Shown here: one piece after another, positions 49,410 through 58,355 of the stretch
Numbering within the stretch: position 1 is the stretch's first letter
Layout: each line of letters opens with the position of its first letter
Assembly: GCA_965237415.1 (NCBI GenBank)
Contig: CBDEFM010000002.1
Coordinates: 3,904,001-3,968,000 of the forward strand
Source: Alphaproteobacteria bacterium
GTDB lineage: Bacteria; Pseudomonadota; Alphaproteobacteria; UBA828
Direction: 5' to 3'
DNA length: 64,000 nucleotides
Notes under the pieces: model-generated
Seen by the model: only the letters and a program-made list of their open reading frames with translations
What the model was told of the DNA's origin: nothing
Database searches by the model: none
Made by a program: the position numbers and the translations under genes

Positions 49410-50207
49410 ATGAGCGCCGGTAGCGCGGGCGAAACGGCCTGGGAACTGCACGGAAGCGGCCCGGCGGTCGTACTGATCCACGGCTTCGGGCTCAACCGCG
49501 CGATGTGGCAGTGGCAGCTCCCCGCTCTCACGCCGCATTTCAGCGTGCTCACCTACGATCTGCTGGGGCACGGAGAGAGCGCGCCACCTCAGGGCACGCC
49601 CGATCTCGCCATGTTCTCCGCGCAGCTGCTCGGCCTCATGGACTGCAGCGGTATCGCGCGCGCGGCAGTCGTGGGGTTCTCGCTCGGCGGCATGATCGCC
49701 CGCCGCTTCGCGCTGGACCATCCGGACCGGCTTTCGGCGCTCGCGATTTTGAACTCGCCGCACGACCGCAGCCCCGCCCAACGCGCCGCGGTCCGCGAGC
49801 GCGTCCGTCAGACGCGGGAGCAGGGGCCTTCGGCCAACGTGGAGCCCGCCCTCGAACGCTGGTTCACGCCGGCGTTCCGCGCCGAGGCGCCAGAAACGAT
49901 CGCGCTTGTCCGCAGGTGGATCACGGGCAACGACCCGGCCGTGTATTGGCAGGTTTACCGCGTGCTCGCCGAGGGCGACGCCGAGATTGCACAGGGTCTG
50001 GAACGGATCGCTTGTCCGACCCTGGTCATGACCGGCGCGGACGACCCCGGCAACACGCCCGCCATGGCGCGGGCCATGGCCGGGCTCATCCCCGGCGCCC
50101 GTCTCGCGATTCTGCCGGGTCTCAGGCACATGGCGCTCGCCGAATCGCCGGCGGCGGTCAACGAGCCGCTCTCTGCGTTCCTCCGCGACGCGCTCGGGAC
50201 GGACTGA
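49410..50207 (+). CDS. Alpha/beta hydrolase (TgnD/PcaD-like)
   Basis: LIHGFG, YDLLGHGES, GFSLGG nucleophile elbow, Asp (GADD) and His (RHM). Confidence 0.88.
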   Translation: MSAGSAGETAWELHGSGPAVVLIHGFGLNRAMWQWQLPALTPHFSVLTYDLLGHGESAPPQGTPDLAMFSAQLLGLMDCSGIARAAVVGFSLGGMIARRFALDHPDRLSALAILNSPHDRSPAQRAAVRERVRQTREQGPSANVEPALERWFTPAFRAEAPETIALVRRWITGNDPAVYWQVYRVLAEGDAEIAQGLERIACPTLVMTGADDPGNTPAMARAMAGLIPGARLAILPGLRHMALAESPAAVNEPLSAFLRDALGTD

Positions 50208-50212
50208 ACCGG

Positions 50213-51085
50213 CTACCCGAACGCGGCGAGGATGCCGACGCCACTCACCACCATGCCGACGCCGCCCCATTGCAGCGGCGAGACCGGCTCGCGCAGGAAG
50301 ATGCGCGCCAGCACCACCGTCACCACCGTGTAGCCCACGCTGGCCACGATTGCGTACTCGCCATGGGGCAGGTCGAGGCCGATGTAGAGCAGCAGGTGGC
50401 CGAGGGTATCGAGGAACCCGAAGGCCGCCAGCACGGGCCAGGCCCGCACCGGGAAGCGCACGCGTTCGCGGCGCACGAGCAGGATCGCCCCAAGCGCCAC
50501 GAAGCCGATGAGTCGCACGATCAGAACGGTCTGCCAGGGGCCGTAGATCTCGATGGCCCGGTCGGCAGCGGTGAGGGAGGCGGCGTAGGTCGCGGCGGCG
50601 ATCAGGGAGTAGATGATCGTCCGCCGCACCACGGCGGGCGCGTATTCCGGCGCTGCGCCTTCGCCCGTCGGCGTCGCCCGCGCGACCAGCCAGACCCCGG
50701 CCATGGTGGCGACCATCGCTACCCAATGGACGGGGTCGGGGCGGGCGCCGAGGGCGACAGAGATCGGCACCGCGATCGCCGGGTAGCAGGCCACCACCGG
50801 CGAGGCGAGCGACACCGGCCCGTGGGTCACGGCATGATAGAACAGGATCGAGCCGATTACGGTGCCGGCACCGATCCCTATGAGCCAGTGGATACCGTCG
50901 AGGCGCCAAACGAAGGGCTCGCCCGTCGTCGCCATGACGGCCGCAATCAGCGCGGCGCCGATCGTCATCATCGTGCAGGTCGCCACCAGGACGCCCACCG
51001 AGCGGCCGGCGAAACGCGCGACGATATCCGAGACGCCCCACGAGAGCGCGCAGCCCGCGCCCCAGGCGGCTGCGCTCTCTAGCAT
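50213..51085 (-). CDS. DMT/EamA-family transporter
   Basis: About 10 TM helices, GPVSLASP, LARIFLRE. Confidence 0.88.
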   Translation of the reverse strand: MLESAAAWGAGCALSWGVSDIVARFAGRSVGVLVATCTMMTIGAALIAAVMATTGEPFVWRLDGIHWLIGIGAGTVIGSILFYHAVTHGPVSLASPVVACYPAIAVPISVALGARPDPVHWVAMVATMAGVWLVARATPTGEGAAPEYAPAVVRRTIIYSLIAAATYAASLTAADRAIEIYGPWQTVLIVRLIGFVALGAILLVRRERVRFPVRAWPVLAAFGFLDTLGHLLLYIGLDLPHGEYAIVASVGYTVVTVVLARIFLREPVSPLQWGGVGMVVSGVGILAAFG

Positions 51086-51296
51086 CGGCGCGCCGTCACT
51101 GCGTCATGCGATCATGCGGGGGCAGCCGAGTGCGCAGGATTGGCGGCCAGGTGAGGGAAGGCGGTGCGGGGAGGATCCATGACGGCGCGGATTATGGTCG
51201 GTGCGACCGGCCCCGTCGAGGCACGGGAGACACGGCGGCGCTACGCCATAATTCCGTCGCATTCTTGCGAGATCGTAGCCTCGACAGCCGGGGTGA

Positions 51297-52124
51297 ATGA
51301 CAGTGCGGCTTCTTCGCGCGAGACACTGGCTCGGAGGCCGCACGCCGCAATCGCGGAGGGCGCTCGTTGTGGGCTGCGCCTTGGTTCTGATCGGCTCCGC
51401 GACGGCGGGAACCCCGGCTGTCCCTGCGGAGGCGGATGGGGCGTACGCCGTGCGCGCGTCCCCGTGGGCGTCGGCTGCCGCCGAGGCGAGCGTTCTGGCC
51501 GACCGTATCCTGCAACGAGAGAGCGGCGACCTCCTGCTGGACGACAGGCGGCAGCGCACGCTCGGCCACGAGATCAAGCAGGCGTTGTCGCTCATCCGAC
51601 GCAGCTATCCGGCGATGGCATCGATTACGGCGCGGGACGCGCACGGCTCGGCGACGCTTCTTCTCGGCCTGGAGGGCGCGCTGCGCGATGCCGTCGTCGG
51701 CACGTGGGACGGCGAGAGCGTCTCCGCCCCGCCGCGAACTGGGCATGCGGCGTTCGATGCCCTCAATGCGACGCTCGGGCTCAGGGCGGTTCAGCCGTTC
51801 CCCGCCCTCGACTCGGTCGTCCTGCATCTCGACGAGCGCGCGAACATCGCTGCGGCGATCCGGGCGTATCGCGCGATCGACGGTGTCGCTTACGCTGAGC
51901 CCGACGCGGCGTTGGGGGATGGCCCCGATATCGAGGCGGCGAAAGTGCAGGGCCGCTGGCACTTCGTCTTTCGCCGGGCGTGGGGCGACTGCCCCTCCGG
52001 CTGCATCGACGAGGAGCTTTCGTTCTTCACCGTGGGGGAGGGAAAGGCCGAGCTTATCGAGCCCGCACGGGCGCGCAGCATGAATGCCTTCGCGGCGCTC
52101 CTCGCCCGCCGAATCTGGCGCTAA
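51297..52124 (+). CDS. Hypothetical exported protein
   Basis: Signal-peptide-like N-terminus; GVAYAEPD and WGDCPSGC motifs; genome-like codon use. Confidence 0.65.
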   Translation: MTVRLLRARHWLGGRTPQSRRALVVGCALVLIGSATAGTPAVPAEADGAYAVRASPWASAAAEASVLADRILQRESGDLLLDDRRQRTLGHEIKQALSLIRRSYPAMASITARDAHGSATLLLGLEGALRDAVVGTWDGESVSAPPRTGHAAFDALNATLGLRAVQPFPALDSVVLHLDERANIAAAIRAYRAIDGVAYAEPDAALGDGPDIEAAKVQGRWHFVFRRAWGDCPSGCIDEELSFFTVGEGKAELIEPARARSMNAFAALLARRIWR

Positions 52125-52149
52125 TCGGGTTGGAAGCGGGGGCGTCCGC

Positions 52150-53262
52150 TCAGGCCGCGGGCAGGTCGAAGTTGTAGAAGCGGGCGCAGTTGTTGAAGGT
52201 GATGTCCCGCCGGATCTCTTCATCGAGATGGCCGAACACGCGGTCGATCACCTTCATCGTATTCGGGTAGGTGCAGCGCGCGTGCGGGAAGTCCGAACCC
52301 CACATGATGGTCTTCGGGTCGACCACGTCCAGCACCTTGTCGAGGTAGGGATCGTCGATCAGCCCGTGGTAGATCTGGCTTAGATACGCCTCGACCGGCC
52401 GCTTGATCTTGGGGATATCCATCGCCGGGCCGAAATCGTCCTGGATCTGCTTGGCGCGGAACAGCCAATAGGGCAGCCAGCAGACCTCGTATTCCGAGAG
52501 CACCAGCTTCAGCTTCTCGAAGCGGTCGAGCACCCCGCCGAAGATGAACTCGTTGGCGAGCACGGGGCCTGCCTCCGCCAGGACATTCAGCGTGCTGCGC
52601 GCCATGTTGATGCGCTCGGACCCATGCAGGGTGAAGGGGTCGACCTCGTTGCCGGTGATGATATGGAGCGTCACCGGCTGGTCCAGCTCCTCTGCCCGCG
52701 CCCAGAAGGGATCGTAGTGCTTGTCCTGGAACGGCGGCCACTCGGGGCGCGCATCGCAGTTGATGATCACGCTCTTGAGCCCGCGCTTGGCGGTACGCTC
52801 CAGCTCCTTGCAGGCCCATTCGATGTCCGCCATGTGGATCATCGAGGTGCCGTAGAGGCGCTTCGGCGCGTGGCTGCAGTATTCGGCGAGCCAGTCGTTG
52901 AACACCTGGCACAAGTCCTCGACCAGCCGGTCGTCCCGCGCGCGCAGCGCGTAGAGCATCCAGGTGGAGTTCACGATCTCGCCGATGACGCTGTCCTCGT
53001 CCATGCAGACGAGACGGATCGCGGGGTCGATACCCGAGCCGACCAGCTTCCGCTGCAGCTCCTCGTCGCCCTCGACGATCTCGTCCACGCGGACGTATTC
53101 GAGGCCGGTGAAGAAATGATCGGCCTTGACGCCTGCATGTTCGGAGACCATGCGGGGCACGGCATCGCCGTAACGCGCACCCAGCGGCTTCGACCAGAGA
53201 TCCGCCGGCTCGATGACGTGGGAATCGCCGGAGATGACGGGGAGTTGCCCGTTCGTCGCCAT
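52150..53262 (-). CDS. Amidohydrolase_2 family protein
   Basis: SGDSHVIEP, FNDWLAEYC, YDPFW, LH, MWGSDFPH. Confidence 0.9.
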   Translation of the reverse strand: MATNGQLPVISGDSHVIEPADLWSKPLGARYGDAVPRMVSEHAGVKADHFFTGLEYVRVDEIVEGDEELQRKLVGSGIDPAIRLVCMDEDSVIGEIVNSTWMLYALRARDDRLVEDLCQVFNDWLAEYCSHAPKRLYGTSMIHMADIEWACKELERTAKRGLKSVIINCDARPEWPPFQDKHYDPFWARAEELDQPVTLHIITGNEVDPFTLHGSERINMARSTLNVLAEAGPVLANEFIFGGVLDRFEKLKLVLSEYEVCWLPYWLFRAKQIQDDFGPAMDIPKIKRPVEAYLSQIYHGLIDDPYLDKVLDVVDPKTIMWGSDFPHARCTYPNTMKVIDRVFGHLDEEIRRDITFNNCARFYNFDLPAA

Positions 53263-53271
53263 CGCTAGTCG

Positions 53272-54297
53272 CTAGTCCCTGAGCATGAGCAGCAGCTTCT
53301 GCCGGTAGTTGTCGGCGATCACCGCGAGGATGAGCAGGATGCCGATCACCACCAACTGCATATAGGAGCTGATGCGCAGGAGGTTCATGCCGTTCTGCAC
53401 GAGGATGATGAAGACGGCGCCCAGCACCACGTTCGGCAGCCGCCCCGTGCCGCCGAAGAGGCTGACGCCGCCGATGACGCAGGCCGCGATCGAGAGCAGC
53501 GGATACTCCTTGCCGATGTTCCCCTCGCCGCTTTCGAGGCGGGCGGTCAGCATGATAGCGCCGATGGTCGTGATCCCTGCGGTCACGACATAGGCCATGA
53601 ACAGATAGAAGCGGGTGCTGATGCCCGAGAGCTGCGAGGCCTTGAGATTGCCGCCGAGCGCGTAGAGATACCGCCCCATCCGCGTCCAGTTGAGGAAGGT
53701 GTACATCAGGATGACGAACCCGATGGTGATCCAGATCGGGACCGGGACGCCGAGCCCTCGGCCGTAACCGAGGACGTTCGCGAAGGTGTCCGGCATGCCG
53801 TAGATCGGCGTGCCCCCGGTGATCATGAGCGCGATGCCGAAGACGATGGACGACATGGCGAGCGTCATCATGAAGGGCGGCACGCGGAAGACCGCGACGC
53901 CGATGCCGTTGACCACGCCAATGCTGGTGCCGGCGCCGAAGCCCGCGAGGCAACCGATGAGGATCGCGCCCGTGCTGGCGACGCCGCCGTCCCAGGCACC
54001 GACCATGGCCATGGAGGTGATGACCGAGACCAGCGCGAACATGACGCCGACCGAGAGGTCGAGGCCCGCGGTCAGCAGCACGACCATCTGACCCATGGAG
54101 ACCATCACCAGGTAGGTCGCCTGGCGCGCGACCTGCATGAGATTGCGGCCGCTCAAGAAGTTTTCCGTGGTGATCGCGAAGACGACGACCGTGATGAGGA
54201 GGAACCAGGGAAGCACGCCCGCGCGGACGAAGATGAGCGTTGCGAAATACTCCGCTCTCTCCAATATCGTGGGGCGCTGCTGGGCGACATCGGCCAT
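53272..54297 (-). CDS. Sugar-type ABC permease
   Basis: GLDLSVG, VPPFMMTL, YALGGN, SIAACVIGGVSLFGG. Confidence 0.92.
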   Translation of the reverse strand: MADVAQQRPTILERAEYFATLIFVRAGVLPWFLLITVVVFAITTENFLSGRNLMQVARQATYLVMVSMGQMVVLLTAGLDLSVGVMFALVSVITSMAMVGAWDGGVASTGAILIGCLAGFGAGTSIGVVNGIGVAVFRVPPFMMTLAMSSIVFGIALMITGGTPIYGMPDTFANVLGYGRGLGVPVPIWITIGFVILMYTFLNWTRMGRYLYALGGNLKASQLSGISTRFYLFMAYVVTAGITTIGAIMLTARLESGEGNIGKEYPLLSIAACVIGGVSLFGGTGRLPNVVLGAVFIILVQNGMNLLRISSYMQLVVIGILLILAVIADNYRQKLLLMLRD

Positions 54298-54313
54298 TAA
54301 CTCTTCCTCCGGG

Positions 54314-55891
54314 TCACGCCTCAGCCTCCTTCTCGAAGAAGTGGTGCAGAACCGATTCCTCCGAGATTTCCGATTGATCCAGCTCGGCGCGCAGTTCGCC
54401 GCGGTACATGACGTAGGCACGGTGCGTGAGGTGCAGTATCTCCGGCAGGTCCGATGAGATCAGGAGAACGCCGGCGCCGGCCTCGCAAAGATCGCGGATG
54501 AACTCGTAGATCGCCACGCGCGCGCCCACGTCGACGCCGACCGTCGGCTCGTCGAAGATGAACAGCTTGACGTCGCGCACCAATGACTTGCCCACGAGCA
54601 CCTTCTGCTGGTTGCCACCTGAGAAATGCTCGAGATTGCGCTCTATGTTGAGCGGCATCAGGTCCAGATCCCGCGCGATGTCGCGCACGACCTTGCGTTC
54701 GTTGGCCCTGCGCAGAAAGAGGGGGTTCGAGAACTTGGAGAGCCCGAGCGAGGGCAGCGCCACATTCTCCCGCACGTTCTGCATCATGATCAGGCCCTCT
54801 TTGCGGCGGTCCGAGGGCAGGTAGTAGACGCCGCGGTCGAGCATCCGGCGCGGGCCCAGCTTGTTCACGTGCTTGGCTCGGTCGTAGACGACCTCGCCGT
54901 CGAAGGCGATCGAGCCAGCCCTGATGCGTTCGAGGCCGAAGCATGCACGGCCGAGGTCGGACTTGCCCGACCCCACCAGGCCAGCGAGGCCCACCACTTC
55001 GCCGCGCCGCACGTTGATCGAGACGTCGTTCACGTAGTGCTTCGCGGTGATGAGCCCTTCGATCTCCAGCAGGGTTTCCGCCGGGTTGCGCTCGATGTGC
55101 GGGAAGATCTGGTCGATGACCCGGCCGGTCATCAGCTCGACGAGCTTCTGGTCGCTCGCTTCCTCGACGGGAATGGTGTCGATGTGAACCCCGTCGCGCA
55201 GCACGGTGATGCGATCGCCGATCCGCTTGATCTCGTTCATCCGGTGGGTGATGTAGATGATGCCGATGCCTTCGGACTTGATCTGCTCGATCAGCCCGAA
55301 CAGCCGGTCGGTCTCGCGTTCCGTGAGCGAGGCGGTCGGCTCGTCGAAGATCATGATATCGGGCCGGGTGCGGAAGGCCTTGGCGATCTCCACCATCTGC
55401 TGCTCGGCGCGGGAGAGGTACATCACCTCGTCCCGCGGCCTGAGCGGGAAGCCCAGGCGGTCCAGCGTCTCGCGCGCCTGCCTGGCGAGCGCCGCCTTAT
55501 TGAGGAGCGGCCCCCGCGTCAGCTCATCGCCGAGGAACAGGTTCTCCTCGACCGTGAGCTGCGGCACCAGCGAGAATTCCTGAAACACGGCGCTCACGCC
55601 GAGCTGGCGTGCGTGATGCACCGAGTGAATGACGGTCGGCTGGCCACGCAGATGGATCGTTCCGCCGGACGGCCTGTGGACGCCGGCGACGACCTGAATC
55701 AGCGTCGATTTGCCCGCGCCGTTCTCGCCGAACAGCACGTGCACTTCGCCCGCGCGCACGTCGAAATTGACGCGATCGAGCGCGAGCGTGCCGGGAAATT
55801 GCTTCGAGAGATTTTCTAGCCTGAGAAGGACATCCCCGGAGGCGTGGGCCTCCGGGGACTCCTCAAGTGCAACGGCTGATGGTTCTGCCAC
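54314..55891 (-). CDS. Sugar-type ABC ATP-binding protein (two NBDs)
   Basis: GENGAGKST, FDEPT, FSGGNQQK, DEPTVGVD. Confidence 0.93.
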   Translation of the reverse strand: MAEPSAVALEESPEAHASGDVLLRLENLSKQFPGTLALDRVNFDVRAGEVHVLFGENGAGKSTLIQVVAGVHRPSGGTIHLRGQPTVIHSVHHARQLGVSAVFQEFSLVPQLTVEENLFLGDELTRGPLLNKAALARQARETLDRLGFPLRPRDEVMYLSRAEQQMVEIAKAFRTRPDIMIFDEPTASLTERETDRLFGLIEQIKSEGIGIIYITHRMNEIKRIGDRITVLRDGVHIDTIPVEEASDQKLVELMTGRVIDQIFPHIERNPAETLLEIEGLITAKHYVNDVSINVRRGEVVGLAGLVGSGKSDLGRACFGLERIRAGSIAFDGEVVYDRAKHVNKLGPRRMLDRGVYYLPSDRRKEGLIMMQNVRENVALPSLGLSKFSNPLFLRRANERKVVRDIARDLDLMPLNIERNLEHFSGGNQQKVLVGKSLVRDVKLFIFDEPTVGVDVGARVAIYEFIRDLCEAGAGVLLISSDLPEILHLTHRAYVMYRGELRAELDQSEISEESVLHHFFEKEAEA

Positions 55892-55939
55892 TGTGATGGG
55901 CCTCCACCAGTCTCGTTCTTAGTCAGCACGAAAGCGTGC

Positions 55940-57118
55940 TTAGTCGGTGCTGAACACCGGCGACCAGCCCTTGGGTGCGAGCGTCGTGGTGGTGTCGAAG
56001 TCCCCGTGGTTCTCCGGCGTCACCTGCATCGCCACCGGCTGCACATGCTCGATCATCCGACCGGTGTCGTTGTACTCGGGCCGACCGCCGGTCGCCGACG
56101 GCTTGCCCTCGAGGATGCGGACCGCCTGGTCGATGGCGATCCGCGACTGGATGATCATCTGGTCGGTCGGCGCCATGGCGACGCTGCCGCGGCCGACGAA
56201 CTGATGCATGCCGGGCGTGTAGTAGTAGGAGACGAGCTTGATCTCGTCCTGCAGGCCCAGGTCGCGGAGCGCGGCCATGCCGCCCTCGACCGCCGGCGCG
56301 ACGCCCACGATGTAGTCGAGATCGACGTCGTCGCCCGAGGTCTGTGCCTGAATCACGTCCTCGACGAGCTTGAGCTGGACCTCCTTACTGGTCTGGCCCC
56401 ACTTGGTCGAGATGACCTCGGCGTCGGTGCCCACGACTGCATCGTGGCAGCCCTGATTGCCGGCGACCGACCAGCTGGCTCCGGGCGGTCCCGGGAACCA
56501 GGCCAGCTTGACGTTGCCGCTGCCTGCGGGGTGCTGATCGGCGATCCACTTACAGGCGATGTGACCCATACTGTAGTAGCTTTCCAGCGACTTGGCATCG
56601 ACTTCGGTGTTGATCCCGTTGATCAGGTCGATCACCGGGATACCGCGGCCGCGCAACTCGTTCACCTGCTTGACGCTGCCCTCGGCGGAAATCGCGGAAA
56701 GTACGAGGATCTCGGCGCCGTTCGCGATGCAGTCCTCGACCTGTGAGAGCTGCCGCTCGAGCTTGTCGTAGCCGCCGGCTTCGATCAGGGAGATCTTCTG
56801 GCCGAGGCGCGTGCCCTCCTCGATGATCCCGTAGGCCGCGCCGACCCAGTAGGAGTCAACGAGGTGGGGGAAGGACACGCAGATATGGTGCTTGGCATCC
56901 ACCTCATCGGGCATCAGCGGCACGTAGTCCACGACCTCGAGGTTCTGGTTGGCGGGATCGGTCCAGCACGCCGGGTCGCCGTCGGTGCAGGACGGATTGT
57001 AAATCTCGACTTTGGCCGGCCACCAGACGCCGTCGTCTTGTGCCCGAGCGTCGGAGGCGGCGAAGCTGGACATAGCCATGCCCGCCGCGACTGCGACGCC
57101 TAAGGTCAGTTTCCACAT
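55940..57118 (-). CDS. TorT-like periplasmic binding protein
   Basis: Signal peptide; ICVSFPHLVDSYW, EAGGY, WFPGP.GA.W, SKEVQ, APTD, AIDQAVR. Confidence 0.8.
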   Translation of the reverse strand: MWKLTLGVAVAAGMAMSSFAASDARAQDDGVWWPAKVEIYNPSCTDGDPACWTDPANQNLEVVDYVPLMPDEVDAKHHICVSFPHLVDSYWVGAAYGIIEEGTRLGQKISLIEAGGYDKLERQLSQVEDCIANGAEILVLSAISAEGSVKQVNELRGRGIPVIDLINGINTEVDAKSLESYYSMGHIACKWIADQHPAGSGNVKLAWFPGPPGASWSVAGNQGCHDAVVGTDAEVISTKWGQTSKEVQLKLVEDVIQAQTSGDDVDLDYIVGVAPAVEGGMAALRDLGLQDEIKLVSYYYTPGMHQFVGRGSVAMAPTDQMIIQSRIAIDQAVRILEGKPSATGGRPEYNDTGRMIEHVQPVAMQVTPENHGDFDTTTTLAPKGWSPVFSTD

Positions 57119-57303
57119 AGTCGTCTCTCCCTCTGGTCATGGACCCGTATCGGCGAAGGCGCCGGTAAACTTCGCCGGCGCCTATGCCATCACGTCTCCG
57201 TGCGGCGCGCATATTACGGTTCGACGTACCGCACCGCAAATACCCATCTTCGCTCGCGAAACCCGCCCCATCGCCGGTGTAAAGGGCAGGGATACGCGCC
57301 GAA

Positions 57304-58344
57304 TCAGTGGGCCGGCGCCCGCATGTCCTCAGGCACGACCGCGCCGTCCTCCACGACGAGCTCGTCGTCGAGCCAGAGCGAACAGCCCTGCATCGGCAGG
57401 TCGAGGTGGCAGGGCGTGTCGTTCTCGCCGCCGAACTCCGTATCGGGGCCGAGCGAGAACAGCACGTTGCCGTAGTGCGCGCGGCCGTCCATCCCGATGC
57501 CCGGCAGGTCGGGCCGCCAGATGCAGTGATGGTTCAGGCCCCAGCCGATGTGCGAGACCGCGTAGGCACGCGGGTCGTTATAACCCTCGATGAAGCCGCG
57601 CAGGTTGTCGGCGCGCGCACCGCCGCTGATCTCCGTCACCATGCCGCCCTCGATCTCGAAGGCGATCCGCTCGCCGGTGAATTCGCGGAGCGGGAAGACG
57701 ATGTCGTCGGCCTCCATCACCACCCGACCGTTCACGCCGCGCTCGGCCGCAAGTGTCGCGAGGAAGCCCCCCGGCCAGTGGTCCCAGCGCCCAGGCTTCG
57801 TGGTGTAGCCGTACTCCGTCAGGATCGGCTTGTCGGCGAGCGTGTAGGTCACGTCCGTGCCGGCATCGTTGGTGAAGCGGAGCCGCTCCGCCGCGGTGAG
57901 TCGCCGCTCGCCGGCCTCGACGCGCGCGCGCATCTCGGCGGTCGGGAACAGGCGCTCCAGAATCTCCACCGGCTCCACGACGAGCAGGATGCGGGAGTCC
58001 GCCTCTTGCATCGCAATCTGCTCGTGGGAGAAGAGGAGGAGCATGTGGTCGACGACCATGTCGGCGTCCTTGCAGGTCTGCATCGCCTCCGGGTGCTTGC
58101 TCAACGCGTTCTGCCCGATATTGGCGATCCTGACCGCCGGGTCCTCCGCGCCGTCCGAGGGGAGGTGCACGTCCGCCACATCGGCGCCGAGGTCGCGCGC
58201 CGCGGCCAGCGAGGCTTCTCTATAGTTCCCGAGCTGATCGCCTTCCGAAAGGACGGCGACCGTCTCCCCCGGCCCTACCTCGCAGAGCTCCAGGTTGCGC
58301 CTGAACAGCTCCGTCAGTCGTGCCTGATCCTGCTGTGTGCTCAT
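57304..58344 (-). CDS. 2,5-dihydroxypyridine 5,6-dioxygenase (NicX-like)
   Basis: EYGY...PGRWDHWP.GF, SHIGWGL, DGRA..GN.LFS.GP, CHLDLPM (His/His/Asp iron ligands). Confidence 0.82.
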   Translation of the reverse strand: MSTQQDQARLTELFRRNLELCEVGPGETVAVLSEGDQLGNYREASLAAARDLGADVADVHLPSDGAEDPAVRIANIGQNALSKHPEAMQTCKDADMVVDHMLLLFSHEQIAMQEADSRILLVVEPVEILERLFPTAEMRARVEAGERRLTAAERLRFTNDAGTDVTYTLADKPILTEYGYTTKPGRWDHWPGGFLATLAAERGVNGRVVMEADDIVFPLREFTGERIAFEIEGGMVTEISGGARADNLRGFIEGYNDPRAYAVSHIGWGLNHHCIWRPDLPGIGMDGRAHYGNVLFSLGPDTEFGGENDTPCHLDLPMQGCSLWLDDELVVEDGAVVPEDMRAPAH

Positions 58345-58355
58345 GATTTCGGCTC

